Shown here in pieces: positions 13,120 to 24,064 of a stretch of DNA of 64,000 nt. The notes beneath the pieces are model-generated. The model was not told the DNA's origin. It worked only from the letters and a program-made list of their open reading frames with translations, and ran no database searches. Origin of the DNA: Cetorhinus maximus. Taxonomy: Eukaryota. Both the position numbers and the translations under genes were made by a program. The stretch spans positions 3,534,001 to 3,598,000 of the forward strand of contig NW_027596099.1 in assembly GCF_964194155.1 (NCBI RefSeq), given 5' to 3'. Position 1 is the stretch's first letter, and every line of letters begins with the position of its first letter.

Positions 13120-14860
13120 GAATGGCAGACTTCTCCAACCTATGGAGTGTACCTTATCTGCAATGTAGGAACCACAAAATGTCGCCTGTGTCCTGGATAA
13201 TATTTTCTGCAGGAAGTGCCATCGAAGGCAGCACATTGAGCTCTGGGTTTTGGAAGTTCATCGGCAGCTGGAATCAATGGGCTTAATCCAGGTTTTTGAC
13301 AGATTTGTATTGATTTTTTGATTTTGTATTGATTTTGCATTGATCGATTTGGTCACCTTGCAGCTTATGTCTATGCGTTGACATTGGGAATAGATTTACA
13401 CCAACCATTCAAATAAGGAAAGGTAGGTGGCAGGCAGTCTGCGTGCCACATATTCCACAACGAGAATTCACATCGGAATACTAATGACAATCTGGTTTCT
13501 CTGAGGAGCGCAAAAAGAGGGAGGGTTATGGCATCACTGATGGCTTATCTATAAAGGGGGTTAAAAAGGAAGCATAGAAGAGCATTAGTGTTACATGTTT
13601 CTAAAGTTAGGGAGTAAGTTAGCATTACTGTGGCCCTTTTAGTTCAGGGTGTTGTGTTCCCTCCAAGGCGCCAAGATCGATGTCCGTGATCGGCTACAAA
13701 CGCATTCTAAAGGGGCAGCTTTCAACAACAGAAAATACACCGGTTCCAATGGCGTCGGTAGGAGGAGTACTGCGGCCCTGAAGTCTGAACATAGTGATCC
13801 ATGTTGGAAATTCGCAAGCAAGGCCTCATATATTCTAATCTCTAGATTACTCCAAGTGTCACGTGCAAGGGAGTAATGAAATAGAAGGATCAAAAAAATG
13901 AATGTGTTCCGAGGAAGATGTTTCTTGAGAAAGGGCTTTAGATTCTTATGTCATTGAGGCTGGCTCTGGAGGAGAAGGGGTCAGCACAGGCCGGTATATT
14001 TGCAGCGATCTAGAGCTTCTTGTGGGCGTTCTAGCTGTGCTACTAGGAAGAGTTTGAACTAAAGTGAATTGTGAAGTAGGAAACACGAAACAATATCGTA
14101 GATGAATGACAATGCATACAGAACATTGTGAGGGAAACATGGCACTTGAGCATGGAATAGAAAATTAATAGGTATGGCCATATTAATCAGAAAGTAATAA
14201 AGTCTAATTCTGGGCTATGGCATTTCAGTGTGAATGTTCAGGCTGTGGTAACTAAGGTTGGTGAATTACACAAGCAGGTTTCCATGTGGAAGTATGATTC
14301 TGTGGGCGTAACAAGGACCTGGTTGAATGAAGGTCTGCACTGTGTCTGGAATACTCCTGGATTCTGAATAGTCAGGAAATTTAGTTAAGCAAGAAATGGA
14401 GGAAGGTTGGTGGAACTGTTTAAAGAGAGTGTTGCAGTGCAGGAGAGACAGGATAACCCAAAGGGGCAAGGGCACAATCTATTTGTCTACAGCTAAGGAA
14501 CAAAGTAGGTGTTATTACATTTCTTGGTGTGGTCTATAGGTCACCAATAAGTGGCAGTGATGTGGTGGAAGAATTTGGCAAGGAAATTGCAGTGATTTGA
14601 AAATATTGTAGAATACTTAAAATGAGGGAGTTCAATTTCTCGATTGTAGACAGTGATAGTAGCAGTTCCTACATTGTGCTCAGGAAACATATCTACTGCA
14701 GTGTGTTTCCAGTTTCAAGAGAAATGAGGCACTGCTGGACCTCATTCTTGGAATATAAGTGTACAAACAGGATCAAAATTCTGCAAGAGACCTTGTCCGG
14801 AGTAACTGAACCAGAATATTTAGACTAACTGCGAAAAAGGTCAATGGCAGTCCAGATTAA
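13120..14860 (+). mobile_element. CR1 LINE 5' part: ORF1 zinc finger + SGNH esterase and ORF2 endonuclease start; paralog ~40090-41800
   Basis: MECTVCAMW...FCRKC..QHLELWV..RQLES (ORF 40113..40331 in B); LCSLQGAKIDVRDRL (13649); VTKVGELHKQVSMWKYDSVGVTRTWL (APE start ~14250). Confidence 0.85.
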
Positions 14861-14989
14861 TAATGCTGATTATCCCTTATTAATCACTGCCTCACCAAGC
14901 GGAGGTTAAGCCTCTCCCGCTGATGTTTTTTCCGAAGGGTTCCCCCCACTGACTTTAGATTTTCAAGCTTAGAGATCCCTCGTTTATCG

Positions 14990-17520
14990 GCACCTGTTTT
15001 GAATAATTATACCACATTCGCTGGCATTCAATCATCAGGGACTCTCCTGTGGCGAGACTGGCTTTTGAAATTAATGTCAGGGACCCTACAATCTCCTTCC
15101 TTGCCTATCACAGCAGCCTGGAAAACATCTCATCTTGGTCTGGGGATTTATCTACTTCAAAGTCAGCTAAAAGATCTAATATCTCCTCCCTCTCAAACCC
15201 AAATTGTTCAAGTGCATCACAGACCCCGTCCCTGTTTTCTATACCTACATCGCCCATCTCTACACTAAATATATATGCAACATGCACATTTAAATTCCCA
15301 TCTACGTCTCCCAGGTCCGGACACAAATGGCCATTTTTGTCCCTAATGCTCGCTGCTCTTTCCCTGGTTATCCTCTGGACCATAATATACTTATACTTTT
15401 AGCATTACTTTATTTTACCTGCCAGTGTTTTCCAATGCCCCCTCTTCCTTCTCCTAATTTCCTTATTTAAGTAACCAAACACACTTTCCATATTCCTATA
15501 GGACTTCCGCTCTTTTGATTCCTTGGCATCCACGAGGAGCTTCCTGTTTTTCCTTATCCAATCCAGTACATTCCTCGAAATCCAGGGCTCTCTGGAATAT
15601 TTTGTCCCCGCACTCTGACTATATCATTTTTGCAAGTCTCCCTCTGCCCTGATGCAGGTTTTTGGACAATTGGATGCTCCCTGTCCACTTTGACAGGATC
15701 GTGTATTAGATTATAAAAAACAGCCTCACCCAAATTCAGGAGCTTTATATCTGCTACATTTTATCCTTCTCAATATCTACCTTAAATCTTACTCAATTAT
15801 CGACATAATCAACATAATTCTCCCCCGTTAAAAGTTCTGCCATTAGCCCAGCTTTCTTCCCAAATGATAGGCCCAGCAACGCTCCCTTTCTTCTGGGATT
15901 CATATCTGCCGGATCGAAAAATACCCCTGGGTACATTTTGAAAATTCTGCCGCCTCTAAACCTTCCACACTTTGCATATCCCAGTTAATAGGGGGAAGTG
16001 GAAACCTCCTACTATTTTTAAACCTGTTATTTATACATTTCCATGAGAGTTGCCTACATGTCTGCCTTTCTATCTCTCTGGTTGTTTGGGGGTGGCAATG
16101 TAATTGGCCCCTTTTTGAATTTAAGTTCGAACCATATGGCCTCATGTGCAGAACCCTCTAAGGTATCATCCTTCCTCTTTGCAGCAATTGACTCATTGAT
16201 CAATGTTGTGATACCAACTTCTCTATTCCGGCCTCCCTTCCCCCAACGCCGGCCTCGTCTCGACTCTGGATTCCATACCCAGAATATTGAGCTGCCAGCC
16301 CTGCCCTTTCCTTCACCAGATCTCTGTGGGAGGAAAAGTACCATATTCCCCGGTGTTAATGAACACCCTCAATTCATCTGCCGGACTCACAGGACTCCTT
16401 GTATTAAAATAAATGCCATCCATCCTTGCCAAGCTCCCTTGTGCCTTAACTTGACTATATACTTTCTATCTTCCCGTCTGAATTGTTTTTTCTTCTATAC
16501 TTGGCTGTAAATCACTTCCTACTTTAACTCCACTGCATATCCTATGCGATTGCCAAATTAGTTTATACCTGCAGCAACACCACCAGCAAACCTGCACTCC
16601 TGAGCTCCCCCTCCCCCCTCCCCCCCCCCCCCCCCCCCCACCCCCACCCCGGCCACCTGCCCTGCCAAGCAATAATTGTGCTTCATTTTCGGTTCGGGAA
16701 AAACATCTCGGACTTCCCCACATCCCAGCTCTATGAGAAACAGACTCAGTGAACCAGGAACCTCCAGCAGTCCTCCAGAACCAAATATTCAGCCACACAT
16801 TCATTTACTCTATCCACCTATTCCTCTTCACAATAGCACGTGGCATCGGAATTAATCCAGAAATTACAATCTTTGATGCCCTGCCTTTCCAGCTGCTACC
16901 TTGCTCCCTAAATTCTTGTTGCAGCTCCGCACCACTCTTCGTACAAATGCCGTTAGGACGAATGTGAACCACGACATTTGGCTGCTCGCCCTCCCAATTC
17001 AGAATTCCTTGCAGCAGTTCAATGACAGTCTTGACCCTGGCTCCAGGAAAGTAACACACCGTCCTGAAGTCACACCTATGGCCGCTGATACGCCTGACGT
17101 TGACCCACACTTTTGGGTCTCCTACACTATTGTTGTTCCTCGCTTTCTCCAACCCCAAATTGGGCAGCTGGGCTCTGCCTGCATTCCCCATAGGAATAAA
17201 CACTTCTTCCATTTTCCAACACAGTGTAAGAAACTGTTCTTAAATGAGACGCACTCTATGCCTCTCCTGACTACCTTCTTGCATCCTTTCTTCTGACTGT
17301 GATTACTCATACCTTCTCTGACTGCACTTCCTTAAACCGTGCGGTAACTGCGTGTAAAAACAAATATATAACATGCAATCAATATAACTCTCCGCCTCTT
17401 GAAAGCAGCACTGTGCATCCAGCCGACGGTTCAGCTCCAAAACCGTTTCTCAAGCGTGTTAATCGGGTGCTACATCCTGCAGATATGGTCATCCATGCAG
17501 ACAAGAGTGCCTTATCTCTG
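14990..17520 (-). mobile_element. CR1 LINE 5' part (ORF1 esterase, ORF2 endonuclease to RT start); paralog ~41930-43555 lacks ORF1
   Basis: VCYFPGARVKTVIELLQGILNWEGEQPNVVVHI (16805..17212); GITTLINESIAAKRKDDTLEGSAHEAIWFEL (16054..16344); EEILDLLADFEVDKSPDQDEMFSRLL (15108..15383). Confidence 0.9.
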
Positions 17521-17619
17521 TCAGCCTGTATATAACACTTGCTGATCAGCTGTAACGGCCGTGAAGCACTGGAAACAGCTGCCTGATTAGGGAAGGCGGC
17601 CCGGAGTTATCAAATTAAT

Positions 17620-17935
17620 TCCCAGATTGGTTGTTGCGACGTTTAGCCATCAAGTGATGCTCCCTCATTGGCTGAGGTAGGTGTCTGTCACCGGGCGGAT
17701 TTCTCTGATTATGTCAGGCGAATATCAACGAAATACCTAATAGGCTGAGTGAATCGTGGGTCACCTGGTGAAGCTTTCCGATTGGATGAGGTGGCTTTCA
17801 ATAATGGGGTGCGTGAATTAATAGAGTGACTGTGGAGATGGGGATTTGGGGTAGTGGTTGTGTGAGTCACTGGGTGAAGCTCCGGATTGGCTGAGCTGCC
17901 TGTCAGACAGCGGGTGGAGCTCCCGGATTGGCTGA
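17620..17935 (-). promoter_or_regulatory. Cluster of CCAAT boxes plus a GC box (possible LINE 5'UTR promoter)
   Basis: ATTGG at about 17626, 17668, 17781, 17886 and 17927, often gattggctgag; gggcgga near 17694. Confidence 0.3.
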
Positions 17936-18148
17936 GTCTCTGAATGCTGTGCGTAACCGATACTTCACCAAAGTCATTAACTGCTGTCTGATCTTCGACT
18001 GACTCACCGCATAAATTAACGTGTATGTGCAGCGACTTTAATTCATCAGCATAAATTCGGCACCTTTACAGATATTCAGGTTATGTTTAGTAAACTAATT
18101 CTCTAATTTTATTCTTTACGAATTTTATAAGATTCCCCAACCAGGAAT

Positions 18149-18479
18149 TGGATTTATTGTTGGTTAAAATACATTCAGCAGATGGTTGATAAGTCAATGG
18201 AATTTAGAGCTGGCTAAAATACATGCAGCAGAGTGGTGATTATTGAATGGGATTTAGCGCTGTTTAAAACACATTCAGCAGGTTATTGATATGTTAATGG
18301 GAGTTAGTGCTGTTTAAAGTAAATTCAGCAATGTGGTAATATATGAGTGGGATTTATTGCTGGTTAAAATACGTTCAGCAGAGTGTTGATAAGTGCGTAC
18401 AATTAGTGCTGGTTAAAATACATTGAGCAGATTTGTGATAAGTGAGTGGGATTTCGCGCCGTTTAAAATACATTCAGCT
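18149..18479. repeat. 50-bp minisatellite, ~6.5 copies (unit A only)
   Basis: gattta.tgctggttaaaatacattcagcaga... restarts at 18151, 18201, 18251, 18301, 18351, ~18400 and ~18450. Confidence 0.9.
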
Positions 18480-18529
18480 GCCATTTCCATACCCCCACCC
18501 CCTGCTTAATTCCCAAATCTCATCCGCTA

Positions 18530-19300
18530 TGTGACTAACATTTAGTTCTTCTTTTGCTTCATGAGTGTTTGAAGGCTCTTGTTATGCATGTTCCCACATT
18601 TCTTGCCAGGCATGTCCTAACGTCTCCAACTGAATTGGCTTTGGGAACTGTATTGCATGTGCCAAAATTATCTCAGTCATCTGGCCTAATACTAATCTTG
18701 GCTTCATTGTACACCGTTTATTTCCAGGTATAAGACGCTTGCCTTTCTCAGTTAGCCATGGGGACAGCAACCTTCTCGTAGTTGATCACCTTTCCTAGAA
18801 TAACGTAGTTTTTATGTATTGCGTATGTGAATGGGTCCCGCTCTCTCAGACTTTGGCTGTATTTTCAAAGATTTGCGAATCCGTTTAATCAGTAAAAGGA
18901 CATTCCTAATTTTCCACACACATCTCGATAATTTAGTCACCAACTCACTGAGCGCCAGCCGCAATCTTTGATTTAAAGCTCCATGTTGTTGCATGTTGTA
19001 TGTGCATTTTACTGAACTGGCAGCTGAGGCTGCGGATCGGATCCTGGGTCAACACGTTCAGTCACATCCGAACTATTGGAGGACACCTCCTTTCTTCTGA
19101 CTGTCTGTGTCCAACTTTTTAAGTTATTCTATATACTGGCCTATAGGGCGCTCCCAATTCCATTCAACCCTAAAATCTACCCACTTTAACAGGGAAGAAT
19201 CGATATGAATTAGCAGACGTTCACGGTACAATAATACGGAAAGGTCCATTTATTTTCATTGCTTGAACTTACTAAAAGAACAGGACAGCATCCACTCCCA
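18530..19300 (-). mobile_element. L1/Tx1-clade ORF1-like remnant; partial paralog ~43895-44370
   Basis: RIRKSLKIQPKSERAGPI..YVILGKVINYEKVAV....YTWK..YNEAKISIRPD resembles the L1 ORF1 RRM/CTD pattern ERAHR..IIVKFL.Y..K..I.I.PD; decayed. Confidence 0.4.
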
Positions 19301-20029
19301 GATATTCCTTATCAGGAGACTGGAGACGATTTGAAAGGACAGACACCATTCCCTGCTTCCTGACAGAGGGAAACCCTTCCAAATCTAATTTCACAAGCAC
19401 AATCCGCGGCTGTCCTCTGCTGAAACCCTCACAAAAGTCACCACTGGGACATTCAGGATGACCAGAAAGCGACATCGAGCACGGCAGCAGTGCGGAAATA
19501 AAGCGCCCGCTCCCCTCCCCGGTCACTAAAAGCCGGTTAGTATCCATGGTCAATGAGCCTGTGATGGTCATTATCGCAGGCGAGGGAAAATGTGCTGGGA
19601 GACGTAATAGGTTGGATTAGTACTCTTGATGTTCAAAAATGGCAGCCTGTATTTCAATGTAACAGTAATTAATAGTTTGATTGAGTGTCGTTGTTCTCCT
19701 GACAATTGCAGTGTGAAAAAAGGGCCCTAAACTGACTGAGTGCAGGAATCGAATCCAACTCGTCTGACAGCAAACCCTCAGCTCCAATGTTGCTTTCCAA
19801 ATTTACCAGCTAGCTCTCCGATCGAGCACTATAAAATGTTTAACCTCACAATAGCAGCACAGGGTCAGGATTTTGTTTAATTTTCACTGCAGTGAGTCAT
19901 GTGACTTCTCCTAAAGCACCTCCAGACTGTTTAGCCTTCTGACATTGCACGTTTCCTGGCAGATTACCTTAACTGTGTGATGAATCTTTTGACAAAATAC
20001 AGTAATGTGAAATACTGTAACTCATTTGC

Positions 20030-20490
20030 ATTCCCATGCAGCACTAATGGATTTCTGCACTGTCAGATTGCCAGTGCTGTATCGTACTGTGATGTCTTTT
20101 TTTCACTACGGAGGAATTGCGGCACTGCCTGAGAGTCAGCATTGAGGGAGTCGGACACCGTCAGAAGCATCAATGCGGGAGCAGAGCTGAATTGCCGCAT
20201 GGTTGGTACAGGTCGAGTGCTGCGTTGTTGAAGGATCAGTACTGAGTGTTGGAATTTTGAAGAGAGAGACAGGGTGTCAAAAGTGCACAGACAGAGAGAG
20301 TGGCAGGCAGAAGTGTTGAGAAAAAATAAGCAAAAAGAGAGGTAACAGGAAGGCGAGAGGAAGAGAGAGGGTGAGAGCAAAAGGTGGGCCGAACTGAGGG
20401 AGCACTGCACTGTCGGTGGGTCAGTACGAAATAATTCTGCACTGTCAAATTTCAAAACTGCGGGAGTGCTGCACTGTTGCAGGGTCAGCG
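20030..20490. repeat. Degenerate short tandem motif cagtactgagggagtgctgcactgtc; paralog ~45090-45560
   Basis: Recurring cagtactgag / gctgcactgtc motifs. Confidence 0.5.
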
Positions 20491-20499
20491 CTGAAGGAT

Positions 20500-20970
20500 C
20501 ATTTCTGTTTATATGTTTCCCGGTCTCTCCCTCTCTCTCTTGCTCTTGCCTTCCTGTTATCTCTCTTTTTGGCTTTGTTTTTTTCTCAACATCCTTGTCT
20601 GTCTGTCTCTCCCACACTCTCTGTCCTTTTCCCATCCTATCCATCTCTTATCACCAATTCGTCCCGCCCGCTCCTGTCACTCAATATCTCCCTCTCTCCC
20701 TCTCTTATTGTCCGTCTCTCCCTTTCTCACTGTCTTTCTGTTCCAGCCTTTATATCTCTCTGTATCTCTTTGTCTCTCTCCGTCGTTCTGTCTCTCTCCA
20801 CACCAGTATGTTCATCTCTCACTGTGCCACCACCTCTCGCTATCTCAGGCTATCTATCTTTTCCCCTCTCTCACACTTTCTATCTCTTTCTCAACTCCTC
20901 CTTATCTTTCTCTGTCTGTTAAACAGCCTGCCGGATACTCTTTATCTCTCACTATGTCAATCTGGCTCTC
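20500..20970. repeat. CT-rich low-complexity tract; paralog ~45570-46025
   Basis: Direct reading; explains the overlapping S/L-rich spurious ORFs. Confidence 0.85.
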
Positions 20971-21527
20971 TTTTAGGGAGATCGTAGTGCAGTTATGCCG
21001 CCTTGCCCCACACACACACCCCAAATCCCCTGCAACTCCGCCCCCTGGCTGAATCTCAATTGACTCCCACTCCCGTTAGAAACACGAGCATCCAGTGAGA
21101 GCTGGTCTGCTGCCCATGTACTGGTGTCCTCTGCTACCTCACTTTCACTTTGTGATCTTACTTCCGTTGTTGGTTACCAAAATTCCAAGCTGTGAACGCA
21201 GCTCCTCTGACAATACCGCACCACATTTCCTTCTGGGCATTCCATTTCGGCTTCCAATCAGGAGTTGGAAGTAGGATTCCTGTCCAATTACTGGGAAGCA
21301 GCGGAAAGTTGCACCAGCGTTTTTGGAAATTGGCTACAGTGGCTTAGTTTTCTGTTCAATCAGTGCGATAGAGATGAATAAAGAACATGTGCGGTGGGCA
21401 ATGGAAGTGTGCAACTGGCATGAGCTGTGTTTCCTGCCCTTCCTGTGTGAGGGAGGGGACGATGAGCATTGCACTCGGCAAATGGGATGGGAGAAGTTAT
21501 TCAGTGAGTGAACATTCACGGTCTCGA

Positions 21528-21618
21528 CCCCCATCTCCCCCCGCCCCCCCCCCCCCCCCACCAACCCCCCCCCCACCCCCCCCCCCCGCCCCCCCCCCCC
21601 CCCCCCCCCGCCCCCCCG
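21528..21618. repeat. Poly-C tract (poly-G on the GPCR sense strand); similar tracts at 16606-16650, 46584-46690 and 61478-61517
   Basis: Direct reading. Confidence 0.9.
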
Positions 21619-22085
21619 CTGTAAGTATGAGAAAATACTGCAATTCTGGAAAATCTAGGTGTCTTTGTTCCCCCAGTGAGAGCAATTCTCCTCCATTGAA
21701 GATGAGCAATGAAATGAGAAAATATTGGAAGAGCTGAGTGATTCGGTTCCGTTCATAAGGACCCCTTGAACGCACTACACGTACTACACAGCCCCATCCC
21801 ACCTACACACCTCCGTGCCAGCTGGAGATATGAAATTCAATGACAGAATTCAGGAAACTCCACGTAATTTAATCCACCCAGATAACGAACCCACTCACAG
21901 ATCCCCAACAATCCCAACGCCCACCGCCATCCGCTGAAAAAGTTAGGTTAAATGTGAAAAGTCAGGAAGTTCCCTTTGATTCATTCCGCCTAGCGACAGA
22001 CCCATGTCCCCTGCTGGAAATGTGAAATTATGTTCTCGGAATGTCAGTGATTAAGCTCTTCTGATCATTGAACTAATTAAAGAAT

Positions 22086-22963
22086 TTAAGTGAAGGGATA
22101 TTTCAACATTTTCCACAACTGCTCCCTGAACTTAGTCTGTGTCACAGCATAAATCCAAGTGTTTGTGCAGCAACTCAGGAGCTGCAGCATGAAACCCAAT
22201 TCCAGAACAAAAAAATGTAGATACAGAGATTTAAAGCCTAAATCATACATCCGGAGCCATATGGAAAAAAACATTAACATTGCCCATAAAACGATGAAAT
22301 TGGCTGAAATGTAAAACAGTAACATGATCGCTTTCTTTCGATTGTCCACCTCTGGGTCCTTGGGGCTTTCCCCACTCCTGTGAGCCCGGAGTCTCCTGCG
22401 GGCCCTACTGGTCAATAAAACGTACTCGACGGTCAAAATATTGACGAGCAGGATGAGCACAAATGGGACACAAGGTGTTAGAATGTGATGGGTGAACTCG
22501 ATGGTTACCCAGACAGGAGAGAACAGAACCTCATCTGTGTAACCACAAAACGAGGGGAAATTTACCAGCCAGTACTGACCTGTGAGCAAAAAATACCAGA
22601 AAATGTTCTTTGAACAGCTCAGTGCCATCACGGTTCCCAGAATCACAGCTGCCGTTTTCTCACTGCAATATTTAGTTTTCAGCTTCGGGCAACAAATGGC
22701 CACAAATCGATCGAAGGTAAAAGTGACAGTGAACCACACAGAACAGTCAGTGGCTGCATAAAGCAGGACGGCGTGGATATTACACACGTTGATTGATTTC
22801 AGGAAAATAAAATACCTATCAAACACAATTGGAATATGCCTCAGTATCAGGTCCAGGATAATGACCAGTAGATCCGCCACTGCCATGGCCACCAGGTAAC
22901 GGGTAACACAATTGGAGAGGCCACACCTCCTGCGCCTGAGGATCACAATCGTGACTAGGTTCA
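22086..22963 (-). CDS. GPR139-like: Class A orphan GPCR (GPR139/GPR142-like) copy 1, exon 2 (TM1 end to TM7, stop)
   Basis: Open 878-nt exon after acceptor ctttctttgcAG (22965-22964). Motifs YLVAMAVADLL (TM2), SVWFTVTFTFDRFVAICCP (TM3), PCVPFVLILLVN (TM5), NFIVLW (TM6), CTNTWIY..TQTKFREQL (TM7/H8). TAA at 22088-22086. Confidence 0.93.
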
Positions 22964-24064
22964 CTGCAAAGAAAGGTAATACACGTCAAAACTATATATT
23001 ACTCTGGTACCAAAGTTGTCAGTATGATTGAGATGTGATGGAGATGTCTTACAGCATCCTCCGGTGTATTGAAATGAATGGTCCTGAAAGAAGATATAAA
23101 AAATGTCTGTGATACAGTGGTAGGCAGGATACAGTGAATGGTTAAAAGAAGGAGGTGTGAATAGGGTGGAGATGTGAGTTGCGGGTGAGCGGGAAATTTT
23201 GGGAGACAAATGAATGAAGGAGGAATCGGGGGATAATAGGTACACTTAGCGGTGATAGAGGCTCATGGAGTGGCCGGTGAGCGTGCAAATTACTGGAGGT
23301 ACCCATGGGTGTTGGTGGAACTCATGAGTGCGAGGGGAGACGCGTTTGAGTGAGAGGGGCCAGAGTTGATGATTGCGTTTAGTGCAAAGAAGAGAAATGG
23401 GGTAATTTATTCTGGTTCTCAACATATCTCCTGGCAGGAACGCTCTGCAGTTTTGCGAGGGACTGTTTCCTCCGTCTACTGATGTTATTATAAGAAATCC
23501 GAAGCAAGCTTTCTTGCGAATTATCAATTCAAATAAAAGGATAAACATCCGTTTCTTGTAAAATACGAAATGCAAATCATAACGACCACACAAACACTCA
23601 TAAACCCTCAAACAAAACTTGATGATTTGTTTAAATGTAGCACATACTTAAATTATTACGAGTGTAGAACAGGAACGGGTCATTCCTTATAATGCTTCAT
23701 GTGTTGATTGAAAACGTTGCAGGACTGAAGTGTTCGTTCCTCGGTGGTTGAAGACAAATGGAGTTTGTAAATATCTGGCTTTTAGTCTACAGTGTGGTGG
23801 AGCCTCTGTATTGAATAAATGTACTAACATGTAAAGCCTATCAGCCTCTTTTAATGCCTGAAATCCTCAAAAATGTCTCTAAAGGAATGTTATTTTGAAG
23901 TGTTCCTTACATCAGCAAGAGTCTCCCTGTCCTTGGATTCGGTGTTGGATTTCCATTGTCCAAACAATAAAATTTACGGTGTGAACAACTTCAGAAAAGG
24001 AAGCTATGTGCAAAGTGGATTCTTAGAGGGCACATGTAGACAACCTGTTAAAGGCGAAAACATC

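Noticed and set aside
20063-21802. Long overlapping S/L-rich and P/G-rich ORFs (also 31652-32606, 45382-46797, 57102-57701)
   Set aside because: Produced by CT-rich and poly-C low-complexity DNA.
22961-23611. Intronic ORFs present in both copies (22961..23245, 23246..23611)
   Set aside because: Similarity equals the background ~95% of the duplication; no domain, and lengths differ in copy 2.
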